IMG/VR virus record: IMGVR_UViG_3300049167_000085
Coordinates: 1 to 32,043 of that record
Length of the DNA: 32,043 nucleotides
Source: a virus
Taxonomy: Duplodnaviria > Caudoviricetes
Direction: 5' to 3' (one strand)
In this document: positions 8,747 to 18,258 of the stretch, piece after piece
Layout: each line of letters opens with the position of its first letter
Position numbering within the stretch: the first letter of the stretch is position 1
Position numbers and translations under genes: made by a program
The notes under the pieces: model-generated
What the model was told of the DNA's origin: nothing
Databases searched by the model: none
Seen by the model: the letters and a program-made list of their open reading frames with translations, nothing else

Positions 8747-8874
8747 CCGCCCTCCTGTGGCACCTGTGACTCGGGCACCACGGTGCCGTCGGGCAGGAGT
8801 ACGCCGGCTTCGGCTCCGGTGTCGGTCGGCGGGCCGGGCACCTCGATCGCGTCGCGCTCTTCGGGCTCTTCCAC
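8743..8874 (-). CDS. Small acidic hypothetical protein (43 aa, not in the ORF track)
   Basis: AGGAGG-acgcc-GTG; [43 protein letters not shown]; fills the gap exactly and overlaps the next start. Confidence 0.65.
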   Translation of the reverse strand: MEEPEERDAIEVPGPPTDTGAEAGVLLPDGTVVPESQVPQEGG

Positions 8875-8883
8875 GGCGTCCTC

Positions 8884-11112
8884 CTATCCGGGTTCGGTGG
8901 GCAGCTCGGGGTCGAGGATCGGCTCGACGGCCGCGTCGGCATCCACCGGGCGGCGGGGCCGGTAGAGGGGGCGCACGTCCACGGTCATCTCCACGTCCGG
9001 GCCGGACCCGCGCACCGTGTACCCCAGCACCCGGAACGTGCCGTCGATCATCGAGCCGGTGGGGTCCTGGATGAGGACCACGTCGCCGGTCTGCAACCGA
9101 GGGTCGGGCAGGATCGTCACCGGGGAGGTGAGCGGAACGGGCCACGCGGTCCACGTCAGCAGCGCCCACGCCACCCAGTCGGCGAAGAACGCGTTCTGCA
9201 CCCAATCCGACGCCGCGAACTCCAGCGCCTGCTGGCCGTAGCGGGCGATGGAGTCGAGGTCCTCCCGCACCACCGGCCGCAGCGTCTCGCTGCTGTTGTC
9301 CGCGAACGCGAACCGCAGCGACCCGGCGGACAGGCTGGAATCGGTGGCGACGTAGGCGGTGCCCGTGCCGCGGTTGTGGTAGGTCACCACCGGCCAGTCC
9401 CCGACCCACTGCATCTCGCACTCCACCGGCGCCAACGCTCCCGTGCTCGTCAAGAACTTGGCGACGGTGGAGTTCGCTGGCGGGGTCGCCCCCGTGTACA
9501 TCATCGGGGTCCGCATTCGCCACGGCCTGGTGACGCCGAAATCGAAATGGATTGACACCGACTGGCCGCCGGGGATCTGGGTGACCGACCCGTACACCAG
9601 CACCTCGGACAAGGTCTGCGCCCGCGTCCACGCAACCAGTCCGACCTCGACACGGTTGCGGATCGCCGCAGCCTCCTCGTCCACGGTGATGTCGGCAATG
9701 TCGCGCTGCGCGGTCAGCGTCAGCGCGGGAGGCGTCGCATCATCCGGGGTGATGTACTCGTACCTGCGGAAATGGAAGACGCCGTCCTCGTCGAACCCCA
9801 TGTAGGACAGCGTCGACGACGCGATGTCCTTGAGGAGGTCCCACCACGATCCGGCCGCTGGCGGGATCGCGTCCAGCCCGTACCGGGTGAGTCCGGGGCT
9901 CGCCCCGTTGATGAGGAGGTCGATGTCGGCGCCGCGCTGCCACTGCTGCACGATCGGCGGGGTCGAGGCGACCCGGGAGACGTTGACGCACTCCATCGGA
10001 GACCGCGACGATGCGGTTACCTTATGGAGGAATCCGAAGGTCATGACGCCGGACGTGGTCTGGGTCGCTGTCGCGTGCAGTGCCCCGCTGGGCTGATAGA
10101 GCCACGCCCGCACCTGCACCCCGGACCCCAGCGACGGCAACACCACCTGGAACGCGATCTTGTACCGGCCCGCCTGGGAAACCGTTCCCGATGGCAGGCC
10201 CCAGGTGATCCCCGAGCCGCCCACGACAGCCCGCAGGCTCGGAGCTCCCGGGTCGAACCGCAGCGTGATGTCCTCCGACGAGGCCGAGTCCTCGGACGCC
10301 TGGAAGCTCAACACGAGCTGCGACGGATCCACATCGGCCGTGGTCCGCCGGTACACCCACCATTCGCCCATCAGTGTCGTCACCTGCGACAGGATGCGGC
10401 GCTGCGGCGCCCACGTCACCGACCACCCGTCCCCCGAGTCATAGACCGGGCCGGCCGTCCACGGAGACCGATCCGGGTCGTAGGAGATGGACCCAGTAGT
10501 GGCGATGCGCATGCCCATGTTGGCCTCGACGCTGCCGAACATGCTGGCGAACATCACCTGGTACATCGCGTTAGGGCGCGGCGGCGGGGACGCGTAAATC
10601 CCGTTGGACCGCAGGGCGTGGTCCACCACCCACGCCGCATGGATACCGGACGACGCCGACGCCACGCACGGCGGCAGCGTCGCCCGGCCGCGAAGGATCT
10701 CCGCACCGTCCAGCGCCGTCAGCGACACCCGGCCGCTGCTGGAGTTCGTCGTATTCCGGGTGACCCGGCCGCGAAACGCGCTTTTCTGCTCCTCCTCCAG
10801 CCCCCAGTCGATCACCGCGGACTGGCCCGGCCGGGCGTAATCGGCGGTGTTCCGCGGCGCCCACGGGCTGTACTTCTTCGCCGCCGTCGGCTCCTGCCAG
10901 CCCTGCGCCGACGTCAGCTCGATGCTGGCCTGCGCCGCCGACGACCCCACCGGCGCCGCCACCGCCTCCGGCAGCCCCGTGTCATAGGACCGCGACACCG
11001 ACCAGCCCGCCACCTCCGACGTCATGTCCAGGCTGCCCAACCGGACCGCCGCCGCATACGAGCGGTCGCCCCGCTCCAAGGCGGCATCCAGCTCAGGGCT
11101 ACCGGGTCGCAC
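8884..11112 (-). CDS. Minor tail protein / baseplate hub-like protein (742 aa)
   Basis: Second gene after the TMP; FRGRV, MGFDEDGVFHFRR, IRNRV, SIARYG, PDPRLQTGDVV hub-type motifs; GGAGG RBS. Confidence 0.8.
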   Translation of the reverse strand: MRPGSPELDAALERGDRSYAAAVRLGSLDMTSEVAGWSVSRSYDTGLPEAVAAPVGSSAAQASIELTSAQGWQEPTAAKKYSPWAPRNTADYARPGQSAVIDWGLEEEQKSAFRGRVTRNTTNSSSGRVSLTALDGAEILRGRATLPPCVASASSGIHAAWVVDHALRSNGIYASPPPRPNAMYQVMFASMFGSVEANMGMRIATTGSISYDPDRSPWTAGPVYDSGDGWSVTWAPQRRILSQVTTLMGEWWVYRRTTADVDPSQLVLSFQASEDSASSEDITLRFDPGAPSLRAVVGGSGITWGLPSGTVSQAGRYKIAFQVVLPSLGSGVQVRAWLYQPSGALHATATQTTSGVMTFGFLHKVTASSRSPMECVNVSRVASTPPIVQQWQRGADIDLLINGASPGLTRYGLDAIPPAAGSWWDLLKDIASSTLSYMGFDEDGVFHFRRYEYITPDDATPPALTLTAQRDIADITVDEEAAAIRNRVEVGLVAWTRAQTLSEVLVYGSVTQIPGGQSVSIHFDFGVTRPWRMRTPMMYTGATPPANSTVAKFLTSTGALAPVECEMQWVGDWPVVTYHNRGTGTAYVATDSSLSAGSLRFAFADNSSETLRPVVREDLDSIARYGQQALEFAASDWVQNAFFADWVAWALLTWTAWPVPLTSPVTILPDPRLQTGDVVLIQDPTGSMIDGTFRVLGYTVRGSGPDVEMTVDVRPLYRPRRPVDADAAVEPILDPELPTEPG

Positions 11113-12007
11113 TGCCGTGCACCTCCACCAGATCCAGGCTGATCCCGCGCTCGCGCGTCCCCAGGGCCGGGGTGTCGTCGTAGGAGCGGATGGCGTAGGC
11201 CGGGGACCCCTCACCCAGCGGCCACCCCACCACCTCGGCGGGCTGCCCGTAGGCCAGGACCGTGTCCGTCAGGATGACCGAGGACGGGGGTGACGTCCCC
11301 ACGATCGCGCGCGGCGACACCCACACCGCGTTCGCCGGAGCCGTCCCCGTCGCAACCGCCGGCGTCACCCCGGAACCTGGGGCACCTGTCACGGTGCCGA
11401 CCTCGAATCCCGAGTCGCTCACCCACACCAGTTGCGGGGAGGCGTAGGCCCACAACGCCTGCGACCCGCCCCGGCCCACTGGGGACCCCATCAGCGACAG
11501 GGTCATGCCTGGCATCACCGGCCATCCAGGCCAGTACCCGTGCCGGTACGTCAGCACGTCCCCGGCGACGGTGGGCTGCACCCCAACGCTGTAGATGCCG
11601 CCCGGTGCCCCTCGGACGAGAGCCCCCGAACCGGTGAGTTCGTAGGCGTCGGCGATGGTCGCCTGGATCGCTCCAGACGGCGGGCGCCCCCGCGACTGCG
11701 CGGCACCCAGGGCGTTGCGCACGGTCGGGTCGATGACGCCGATCACCTCGCCGGCACTGGGGTAGGTGTCGAACAACCGCGGCGGGGCGGTCGCGAGTTC
11801 GACGAGGTGGTCGAAGTCGTCGGGAGCCAGGCTGTTCCAGGCGAGTGTGGTCTGGCGGGGCTTGTCGCGGGCACGGGTGAGCGTGTTCCGCCCCGCCAGC
11901 GATGTGAAGACTGACGTGCCGAGGTCGCGGGGCCGGGTGTAGGACGACGCCTGCTCGGCGACCTCCCGCATCCGCCCCGGCACCCCGATCCACAGGTTCT
12001 CGATCAC
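11099..12007 (-). CDS. Minor tail protein, distal-tail (Dit)-position protein (302 aa)
   Basis: Immediately follows the TMP; AGGAGGTGA RBS; ends with an LDLVEV strand typical of this position. Confidence 0.75.
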   Translation of the reverse strand: MIENLWIGVPGRMREVAEQASSYTRPRDLGTSVFTSLAGRNTLTRARDKPRQTTLAWNSLAPDDFDHLVELATAPPRLFDTYPSAGEVIGVIDPTVRNALGAAQSRGRPPSGAIQATIADAYELTGSGALVRGAPGGIYSVGVQPTVAGDVLTYRHGYWPGWPVMPGMTLSLMGSPVGRGGSQALWAYASPQLVWVSDSGFEVGTVTGAPGSGVTPAVATGTAPANAVWVSPRAIVGTSPPSSVILTDTVLAYGQPAEVVGWPLGEGSPAYAIRSYDDTPALGTRERGISLDLVEVHGSATR

Positions 12008-12011
12008 CGGC

Positions 12012-14696
12012 TCACCTCCTCGCCAGGTCGCGCTCACCGCGTCGCGCAGCGCGGGCGATCTCTTGGCCGTCGACGGTCACGACGATGTCGCCGCCGGTCA
12101 TCCGCTCCATCTGCCGCACGAGCGCCGCCAGGGTCTCGGCCTGTCCGGTCGCCGCCGTGGCGGCGGTGGACTCCAGGTCGGCCGTGGGCACCAGGCTGGG
12201 CGCGGCGGCGGCCAATGCGAGCCGGTTGCTGGCCTGGGTGACCAGGTGCTGCCCCTGGGCCATCCCCTCGGCCAGCATGGAGGCCAAGTTGAAGCCGGCC
12301 TTGTCCATCGGGTGCGACCGCAAGGGGCCCACCTTGGCGGGGCTGAAAGGCCAGTAGTTGCGGACGTTGCGGGCGATGCCGGACATCTGGTCGTACAGGT
12401 GCCGGACCGCCGAGTTGATGCCGTCCATAAGCCCGAAGATGATGTTCATCCCGGCGTACTTGAGCCAGGACCGGGCACTGCGGAACGCGTTCAATACCCT
12501 GGAGGGGAGCGACGCGACGAACCGCACCGCCGAGCTGATGCCCGAGATGACGCCTCGCGCCAGCGATAGCACCATGGCGATCGCCCCGTCCCGGGCGGCG
12601 ACGAACGCGTGGACGATGCGCGCGGCCGTGCGGGCGACGAGCGAGATGGCGCGGTCGCGCAGGTCGACGAACGCGTCGATCGCGTCATCACGCATGTCGC
12701 GCAAGTCCTGGATGACCTTTCCGACCATCTTGCCGACCCGGGTGCCGACCTCCTCGGCGGTCTGCCGAGCGCTCTGCACCCAGATAAAGAAGCTGGTCGC
12801 GGTCTGGAGCACCCACGACACGAGGGCGACCAGGCCCTCCAGCAGCCACCCCACCGCGCCGATCACCGCGATCAGCACCGGCTGCATGTCCGTGAGCGTG
12901 GTGGCCCACGCCGACGTCTGCTCCGCGATCATCGTCAGCAGCTCCGGCAGCAGCCGGATCACCGGCAGCAGCGCCTCCACCAGCGGTGGGATCAGCGGCG
13001 CGATCGCCTCGATCAGCTCGGCGAACGCCGCCGACAGCTCAGGCAGCACCGGAGCGAGACTGTCCGCCAGCTCGGAGACGAGCGCCGCGATGTGCGGCGC
13101 CAGCATCACCAGCACGTCCGCCAACGCCACCAGCACCACCGCGGCCAACTGGGCGAGGAGCGGCAGCAACGGGGCCAGCGCGATCAGGATTTCGGAGAAC
13201 GCGGTCGCGATCTGCTCCAGCGCCCCCGTCTCCACCAGCACGTCGACCGCGTCTCCGAGCGCTTCGACGACCGCGATGATGCCCGGCTCCAACTCGGCCA
13301 GGGCGGGCACGAGCCCGTCGATCGCACTGGTCAGCACCGGACCGAACGCGCGGGCGATCCGCCCGATCGCCGGGGCGAGCGCACCGATGCCGGAGACGAG
13401 CGCCGACAGCACCGGCGACAGCGCCGACCCCGTCAGCGACAAACCTTCGAAGAGCCCTTCGAGCGCCTCCATGCCCTCCGCGCTGGAGAGGAACTCGTCC
13501 ATCTCCCCGGTGAGGTTCTCGATGGTGGCAAGCAGCCCGCCGTCACCGGCGGCGGAGAAGATGGAGCCGATGATCCCGGCGACGTTGCCGGCGATGTCGC
13601 CGAGCTGTGACAGGGTGTCGACCGCGTCCTCGATCCACGCGGTGACGTCCCCGGATCGCACGGCCTCATCGGCCCACGCTCGGAACCGTTCGGAGGCGAC
13701 GTCGAGGGCGGTGCCGAGTTCCTCCACGAACGGCAGCCCGGCCGTACCGATGGCCGCCAACCCGGAGAGGAAGTTCGGGAGGGCGCTCTCGGCGTTGCGG
13801 ATGGAGGTAGCGGTCGACGCGAACAACGCGTCTAGGAACGCGAGGCTGCGTCCGGACCCGGCGAACTCGGTGAGCTGACGTGCCGCACCACCGGCGGCAT
13901 CGGCCACGTCCACCATGCCCGTGGTGAGCGTGGGCAGCAGGCGCTCCCCGAGCCGCTCGACCTCCCCCTCCAGGGGGGCGAACAGGCTCTCCTGGACCTC
14001 CTGCTGTACATCGCGCAGAGCCGGAAGCAGGTCCTCGAACTCCCGCGCCAACGATCGGGCGGCCGGGCTGAGCTTGTCGAGGGCCTCCGAGATCTTCTCT
14101 GCGTCGCCCTCGACGATCGCGCCGAGCGCGTCACCCACGCCGACCGTGGCGACCGCGAGGGTGCCCATCGCCGCACCGGCCGCACCCGCCACCGCAGGAA
14201 GCGCCGCAGCAAAACCAGCGAGTGGGGCGAGGGCGGTGCCGAGCTGGACGACAGGGACGACCGCGGAGGCCGCCCCGGACGCGAGAGCGGCGATCCCGGC
14301 GGTCGCCGCCGACAGGCCGACCGCGCGCCGCCCGAGCCCGGCCATGGACTGGGCGAGTAACCCGAGCGCCTGGGACGCGCCCGCGAGGGCCGCCCTGTCG
14401 ATCTCAGGGCGGATGGTGGCGGTGCGGTCGCGGGCGAGCCGGTCGATCTGCTTGCCGACCGCGCTGGTGTTGAGGTTGACGTTGACGTCGACGTTGGCGA
14501 GCTGGCGCTGGAGGTCGGCGTTGACGCGGGCGGCATCGCGGGCGACGCGCTTGGTGTCGATCCTGGTGGGGATCTTGACGGTGAGGCTGCGTTCGAGCTT
14601 CTCCAGGTCCTTCGTCAGGTCCTTGCGGAACTTGCTCGTGTCAGGAACGACCCTGACGCTGACGCGTCCGGCCGTGCGCCCACCAGGACCAGCCAC
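12012..14696 (-). CDS. Tape measure protein (894 aa)
   Basis: GRVSVRVVPDTSKFR N-terminus, Ala/Leu-rich amphipathic repeats, PFSPAKVGPL C-terminal motif, follows the chaperones. Confidence 0.95.
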   Translation of the reverse strand: MAGPGGRTAGRVSVRVVPDTSKFRKDLTKDLEKLERSLTVKIPTRIDTKRVARDAARVNADLQRQLANVDVNVNLNTSAVGKQIDRLARDRTATIRPEIDRAALAGASQALGLLAQSMAGLGRRAVGLSAATAGIAALASGAASAVVPVVQLGTALAPLAGFAAALPAVAGAAGAAMGTLAVATVGVGDALGAIVEGDAEKISEALDKLSPAARSLAREFEDLLPALRDVQQEVQESLFAPLEGEVERLGERLLPTLTTGMVDVADAAGGAARQLTEFAGSGRSLAFLDALFASTATSIRNAESALPNFLSGLAAIGTAGLPFVEELGTALDVASERFRAWADEAVRSGDVTAWIEDAVDTLSQLGDIAGNVAGIIGSIFSAAGDGGLLATIENLTGEMDEFLSSAEGMEALEGLFEGLSLTGSALSPVLSALVSGIGALAPAIGRIARAFGPVLTSAIDGLVPALAELEPGIIAVVEALGDAVDVLVETGALEQIATAFSEILIALAPLLPLLAQLAAVVLVALADVLVMLAPHIAALVSELADSLAPVLPELSAAFAELIEAIAPLIPPLVEALLPVIRLLPELLTMIAEQTSAWATTLTDMQPVLIAVIGAVGWLLEGLVALVSWVLQTATSFFIWVQSARQTAEEVGTRVGKMVGKVIQDLRDMRDDAIDAFVDLRDRAISLVARTAARIVHAFVAARDGAIAMVLSLARGVISGISSAVRFVASLPSRVLNAFRSARSWLKYAGMNIIFGLMDGINSAVRHLYDQMSGIARNVRNYWPFSPAKVGPLRSHPMDKAGFNLASMLAEGMAQGQHLVTQASNRLALAAAAPSLVPTADLESTAATAATGQAETLAALVRQMERMTGGDIVVTVDGQEIARAARRGERDLARR

Positions 14697-14720
14697 AGGG
14701 GACCACCCCCCGGGCTCTCA

Positions 14721-15466
14721 TCACGCGGTTCGGCTCATCTGGTTGATCTGCGCCACCGTCAACACCCGGGGCTTCTTCGTGGCGCCTGGCCGGGGGTGCG
14801 GCTTGAACTTGTACTTCTTGCCGACCGCAGCCTTGGTGCCTTCGCGGGTGAAGTCGATCTCCTCCGCCGCTAGGAGGTTCGACTGCAGGGTGGACTGCCA
14901 CATCCGCCACTCATCCACCGCACTTCGGGTGGACGCCGCGGCGGCCGACGCGGTGAACGCGGCATCGGCCGGCAGGCCCTCGATGAGCGCGAGCACGAGC
15001 GCCGGGGACGGGCCGCGCCCCGCCACTACGTCACGCAGGTCGACCCGGTAGTACCTCAGCAGGTCCGCGTACAGCGGCCCCCCGTGATCGCGGATCAGCT
15101 CGCGGAGGGCAAGAGCTTTCCCATGTCCTGCTCAGAGGCGTAACTCATGACGATCTCCAGGCGCGCCCCCAATGGGAGCCTGGACAGGCGCTCACCGTCC
15201 TCGGGCGTCGGAGCGGCGATGCGGATCATGGTGTTGACGTGCGGCATCAGATCACCGATCTGCTTCATGCTCAGACTGGCGTTGGCCTTCTTCCCGCCCT
15301 TGCCGAACGGGCTGTTCGCCAGGGCCTCCATGAACTGCAGAAGTTCGGCGTCGTGCTCGGCCGGGATCATCATGAGGGGCCGCAGGGCGATCTCCCGGTC
15401 ATGCAGCTTCACGACGGTCGAGTTCGGGGCGGTCTCCTGCAGGTGAGAAAGATCAACGATGGACAT
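14721..15466 (-). CDS. Tail assembly chaperone, -1 frameshift-extended form (gpGT-like, ~248 aa)
   Basis: -1 frame after G GGA AAG reads ALALRELIRDHGGPLYADLLRYYRVDLRDV... open to the stop at 14721; no good separate start. Confidence 0.85.
15095..15466 (-). CDS. Tail assembly chaperone (gpG-like, 123 aa)
   Basis: Lies between the major tail protein and TMP; ends QDMGKLLPSAS with a slippery site at GK. Confidence 0.88.
   Translation of the reverse strand: MSIVDLSHLQETAPNSTVVKLHDREIALRPLMMIPAEHDAELLQFMEALANSPFGKGGKKANASLSMKQIGDLMPHVNTMIRIAAPTPEDGERLSRLPLGARLEIVMSYASEQDMGKLLPSAS
15116..15122 (-). other. Programmed -1 ribosomal frameshift site GGGAAAG
   Basis: X XXY YYZ heptamer in the correct frame (ATG GGA AAG), identical to the lambda gpG/GT slippery sequence. 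Confidence 0.88.
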
Positions 15467-15535
15467 GCGGACCTCCGCGCGGACCTGTGGGTGGACGCCC
15501 GGCGCAGGGGTCCGCGTTCCCGCGCCGGGCGAGTA

Positions 15536-16093
15536 TCAGGGAGTGGTGACCGGGGCGCGCTTCGCGCCGATCTGGAACAGGTAGTCCAACTCGCTCTTAC
15601 CGAGGGCGGTCGCCTGCACCGGGAAGCCACTGAGGTTTTCGGGGTCCAGCTCGACGTTGTCAGCGCGCAGGATCGACGCCCGCGGAATCCAGAAGTCGGC
15701 GAACTCAGGCCCGTCGTCGACGCGGATGTAGAGGGCGCCCTCAGTCGGGGTGGGGGTTCCCTTGGTGACCCCGTAGTAGTCGCCGTCGATGGTGCCACCG
15801 GACCCGTAGTAGAGCTGGTAGGCCAGGGCGTCCCACTGCAGCAGCGAGAACTGGAACATGTGGGAGACCGGCGAGATCGACTCACGGAGCGACGTGTTCT
15901 GCCACGACGGGTGGACGGTGCGCTCGCCGCCGTCCTGGGCGATCGTCAGCGGCGTCTCCCGACTCGTGTGGCCGATCTCGATCAGCAGCTCACCGGGATC
16001 GAACGGGTCGGTCGGCCGCGTCGCCGCGCCGGTCGAGTCGAAGAAGAAGTGTCCCTCGCCGGGGATCACCACCGCGCCATCGTCAAGCGCCAT
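15536..16093 (-). CDS. Major tail (tube) protein (185 aa)
   Basis: MALDDGAVVIPGEG start, IGHTSRE, SWQN..LRE motifs of actinophage tube proteins; GAGGAGG RBS; position. Confidence 0.9.
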   Translation of the reverse strand: MALDDGAVVIPGEGHFFFDSTGAATRPTDPFDPGELLIEIGHTSRETPLTIAQDGGERTVHPSWQNTSLRESISPVSHMFQFSLLQWDALAYQLYYGSGGTIDGDYYGVTKGTPTPTEGALYIRVDDGPEFADFWIPRASILRADNVELDPENLSGFPVQATALGKSELDYLFQIGAKRAPVTTP

Positions 16094-16174
16094 GTCATGC
16101 CTCCTCAAGGGCACAGGAACGAACAGAAACGAGCAGGTTGCGGACCTGTGCGCCGAGAGGCGCCTATTCAGTTG

Positions 16175-16585
16175 TCAGACGAGAGGACGGACGCGCAGCC
16201 AGTACGATCCCTGATAGCGGTACGTGTCCTCGTCAGCCGTATCCGAGGGCAGCTCCACCGGCGCCGCCTGCTCCTCAAACGACGAGATGTAGCCGATGCC
16301 AGGCACCACCACTTGCGGAGACCTGGACGCCAGAAACAGGACGTCGCGCGCCGTCTGCGACAGGGACTCCGCCTGCGTCTCCGAGCGCGCCCACACCTGG
16401 ACATCCACCAGCGCGGCGTCCAGGAACCGCGGATGCACCGACGAGCCGGCGGACCGGCGCGCCATCACATACGGCAGCGGCATTGGGGAGATCACACGAG
16501 TTCCCACGTCGATGCCAGCGAGGTCGGGGGCGGCGCGCAGCACCCCCATCAGCAGGGCGTCCACGCGCGGCAGGAGCCTAGCCAC
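16175..16585 (-). CDS. Tail terminator / tail completion protein
   Basis: Precedes the major tail protein; PYVMARR.G, VDVQVW, RYQGSY.L.VRP pattern. Confidence 0.8.
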   Translation of the reverse strand: MARLLPRVDALLMGVLRAAPDLAGIDVGTRVISPMPLPYVMARRSAGSSVHPRFLDAALVDVQVWARSETQAESLSQTARDVLFLASRSPQVVVPGIGYISSFEEQAAPVELPSDTADEDTYRYQGSYWLRVRPLV

Positions 16586-16871
16586 CGCGCATCCCGATCA
16601 TCCGGTGCAGGATGTACAGGCCCTGCATCGGACCCCGCTCGGAGGTGGGGCCGCGCCCGTACTCGATGGACAGGGCGCCGCCGTCCGGGTCGACCAGCGA
16701 CACCCACGAGTCCGTGCGGCCCCGGGTCACCTCGATCGACGCCCGGCCCGAATGCCGGTGTGCGGCCAGCAGGCGTTCCGCGCGCTCGGCGAGGATCTCC
16801 GCCCGCTCGTGCACACCGTCGGCGACCTCCCGTGCGACGATCTTCTCCAAGTTCGCGTTCAGGCGGACCAT
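16578..16871 (-). CDS. Neck/tail completion protein (DUF5403/HK97 gp10-position, 97 aa)
   Basis: TGATG overlap; ALSIEYGR and GLYIL motifs; position among the connectors. Confidence 0.75.
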   Translation of the reverse strand: MVRLNANLEKIVAREVADGVHERAEILAERAERLLAAHRHSGRASIEVTRGRTDSWVSLVDPDGGALSIEYGRGPTSERGPMQGLYILHRMIGMRGG

Positions 16872-17221
16872 CACGCCACCTCCACGCTCGACCGTCGGCG
16901 GCGGATCATCGCGTCCACGTGCCGGGTCCGGCCCGACATCCGGTAATGGCGAGGGGCGCCTTGGACGTCCCACCAGGACCCCTCATCGACCCACCACACC
17001 GCCGCCCACGGCCCCAGCGGGGCCTCCCGGGCGATCAGCCGGTACAGGTCCACCACGTACTGGCCGGTCACACTGACCTCGTTCGAGGTGGACGGCTGGA
17101 TCGCGCACCTGATGCGGATGGGCGACTCTGCGGGAACCCACACTGGGTTCCCCAAATCGTCCGTCGACCTGACCTGCGGGTACACGTCCGCCAGGTGTGG
17201 GTTGCGGTCGAGGATGCTCAC
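16871..17221 (-). CDS. Head-to-tail stopper (116 aa)
   Basis: SILDR start, DDLGN motif, W.V.G.P..Y..S.RT.H pattern; GTGA overlap with the adaptor. Confidence 0.78.
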   Translation of the reverse strand: MSILDRNPHLADVYPQVRSTDDLGNPVWVPAESPIRIRCAIQPSTSNEVSVTGQYVVDLYRLIAREAPLGPWAAVWWVDEGSWWDVQGAPRHYRMSGRTRHVDAMIRRRRSSVEVA

Positions 17222-17622
17222 CAACAATCACCCCACCAGTCCGGGCACTGCCGCGCCGTCGTCCGGAGCACCGGGGTGATCGTGAACGCGCCTCCTCCGG
17301 CGCCGAGCTGCGCCCACTCCGTACCACCGACGAACAGGTGCCCCGAGGCGACCGCCGCCGAGAGCTGGTAGGAGTAGTTGCCCTCGGTCTCCGAGCGCAC
17401 CCCCGTGGGGTTGCGGATCACCCTCAGCACCGCGTTGGACTCCACCATCACCAGCAGCGCCCGGTAGTTCGCCTCGCACACCCGCTCGTCCAGATCGCCG
17501 ACCCGGCCGCGGATGATGGCCTCCACGTCCTCCAGCAGCGTTCCCGCCAGAGTCCGCTCCTCCGCCGTCAGCGGCCGGTCGAGGCGGGCCTGCACGTCGT
17601 CGACCGTCGCAAACGCCACCAC
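17218..17622 (-). CDS. Head-to-tail adaptor (Gp19/Gp15/Gp42-like)
   Basis: AFATVDDVQARL...VLRVIRNPTG.RSETEGNYSY signature. Confidence 0.88.
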   Translation of the reverse strand: MVAFATVDDVQARLDRPLTAEERTLAGTLLEDVEAIIRGRVGDLDERVCEANYRALLVMVESNAVLRVIRNPTGVRSETEGNYSYQLSAAVASGHLFVGGTEWAQLGAGGGAFTITPVLRTTARQCPDWWGDCW

Positions 17623-17631
17623 GCACCCCCC

Positions 17632-18075
17632 TTACGTCGCGAGGACCCCGCGGGTGCGCAGTGCCGCCAGTAGGGAGTTGTGGTCGGCGACCAGGCCGGC
17701 GACGTCGGTCGCCGTCGAGTTCGCCACCGTCGGCGCGCTGCCGGACATCAGCCCGGTGTGGGTGTGGTTGCCGGCCGCGGCCTGCTGTGCTCCGGTGCCC
17801 AGGGTGCGGATGGACGCGGTCCCCGCCGCCTGGTCCGCCGCCAGTCCCGGGTGGGTGTGGTTGCCCGCGGCCGCCGTGGTGGCCGTGGTGCCGATCGTCG
17901 GCGGGAACGTGGCCGGCTTGCCGGTGACGTCGCCCCAGGCGACGCTCGCCGGGGCGCCGAGGTCGACCGGAACCAGGTCTCCGCCGCCGTCCCGGGTGAA
18001 CAACTGGACCGGGACGGGGACCCGCGATGTGGGGACGGCCCCATCGACGACCACGGCGGGCGTGGTCCTACGCAT
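17632..18075 (-). CDS. Head fibre / capsid decoration protein (147 aa)
   Basis: W.DVTGKP.TFPP, two AAAGNHTH repeats, C-terminal ATDVAGLVADHNSLLAALR..G trimerisation motif. Confidence 0.75.
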   Translation of the reverse strand: MRRTTPAVVVDGAVPTSRVPVPVQLFTRDGGGDLVPVDLGAPASVAWGDVTGKPATFPPTIGTTATTAAAGNHTHPGLAADQAAGTASIRTLGTGAQQAAAGNHTHTGLMSGSAPTVANSTATDVAGLVADHNSLLAALRTRGVLAT

Positions 18076-18244
18076 CGCCGTCCCCCTCCTTCTCCTCGGA
18101 CTTCTTCGGGCGCCCGCGGCGCGGCTTGGGCTTCTCCGCCTCCACCCGTCGCCACCCCTGCGCCTCGTACCGCTCGGCCTGCTCTTCGAGGACCCACACG
18201 ACCGTCGGCGACGACGACATGCGCACCCCAACGCGCCCTTCCAT
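18068..18244 (-). CDS. Small basic protein after the capsid gene (58 aa, AT-hook-like PRRGRPKK; not in the ORF track)
   Basis: GAGGGGG RBS, ATG 18244, MEGRVGVRMSSSPTVVWVLEEQAERYEAQGWRRVEAEKPKPRRGRPKKSEEKEGDGDA. Confidence 0.7.
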   Translation of the reverse strand: MEGRVGVRMSSSPTVVWVLEEQAERYEAQGWRRVEAEKPKPRRGRPKKSEEKEGDGDA

Positions 18245-18258
18245 GGCCGCGACCCCCT

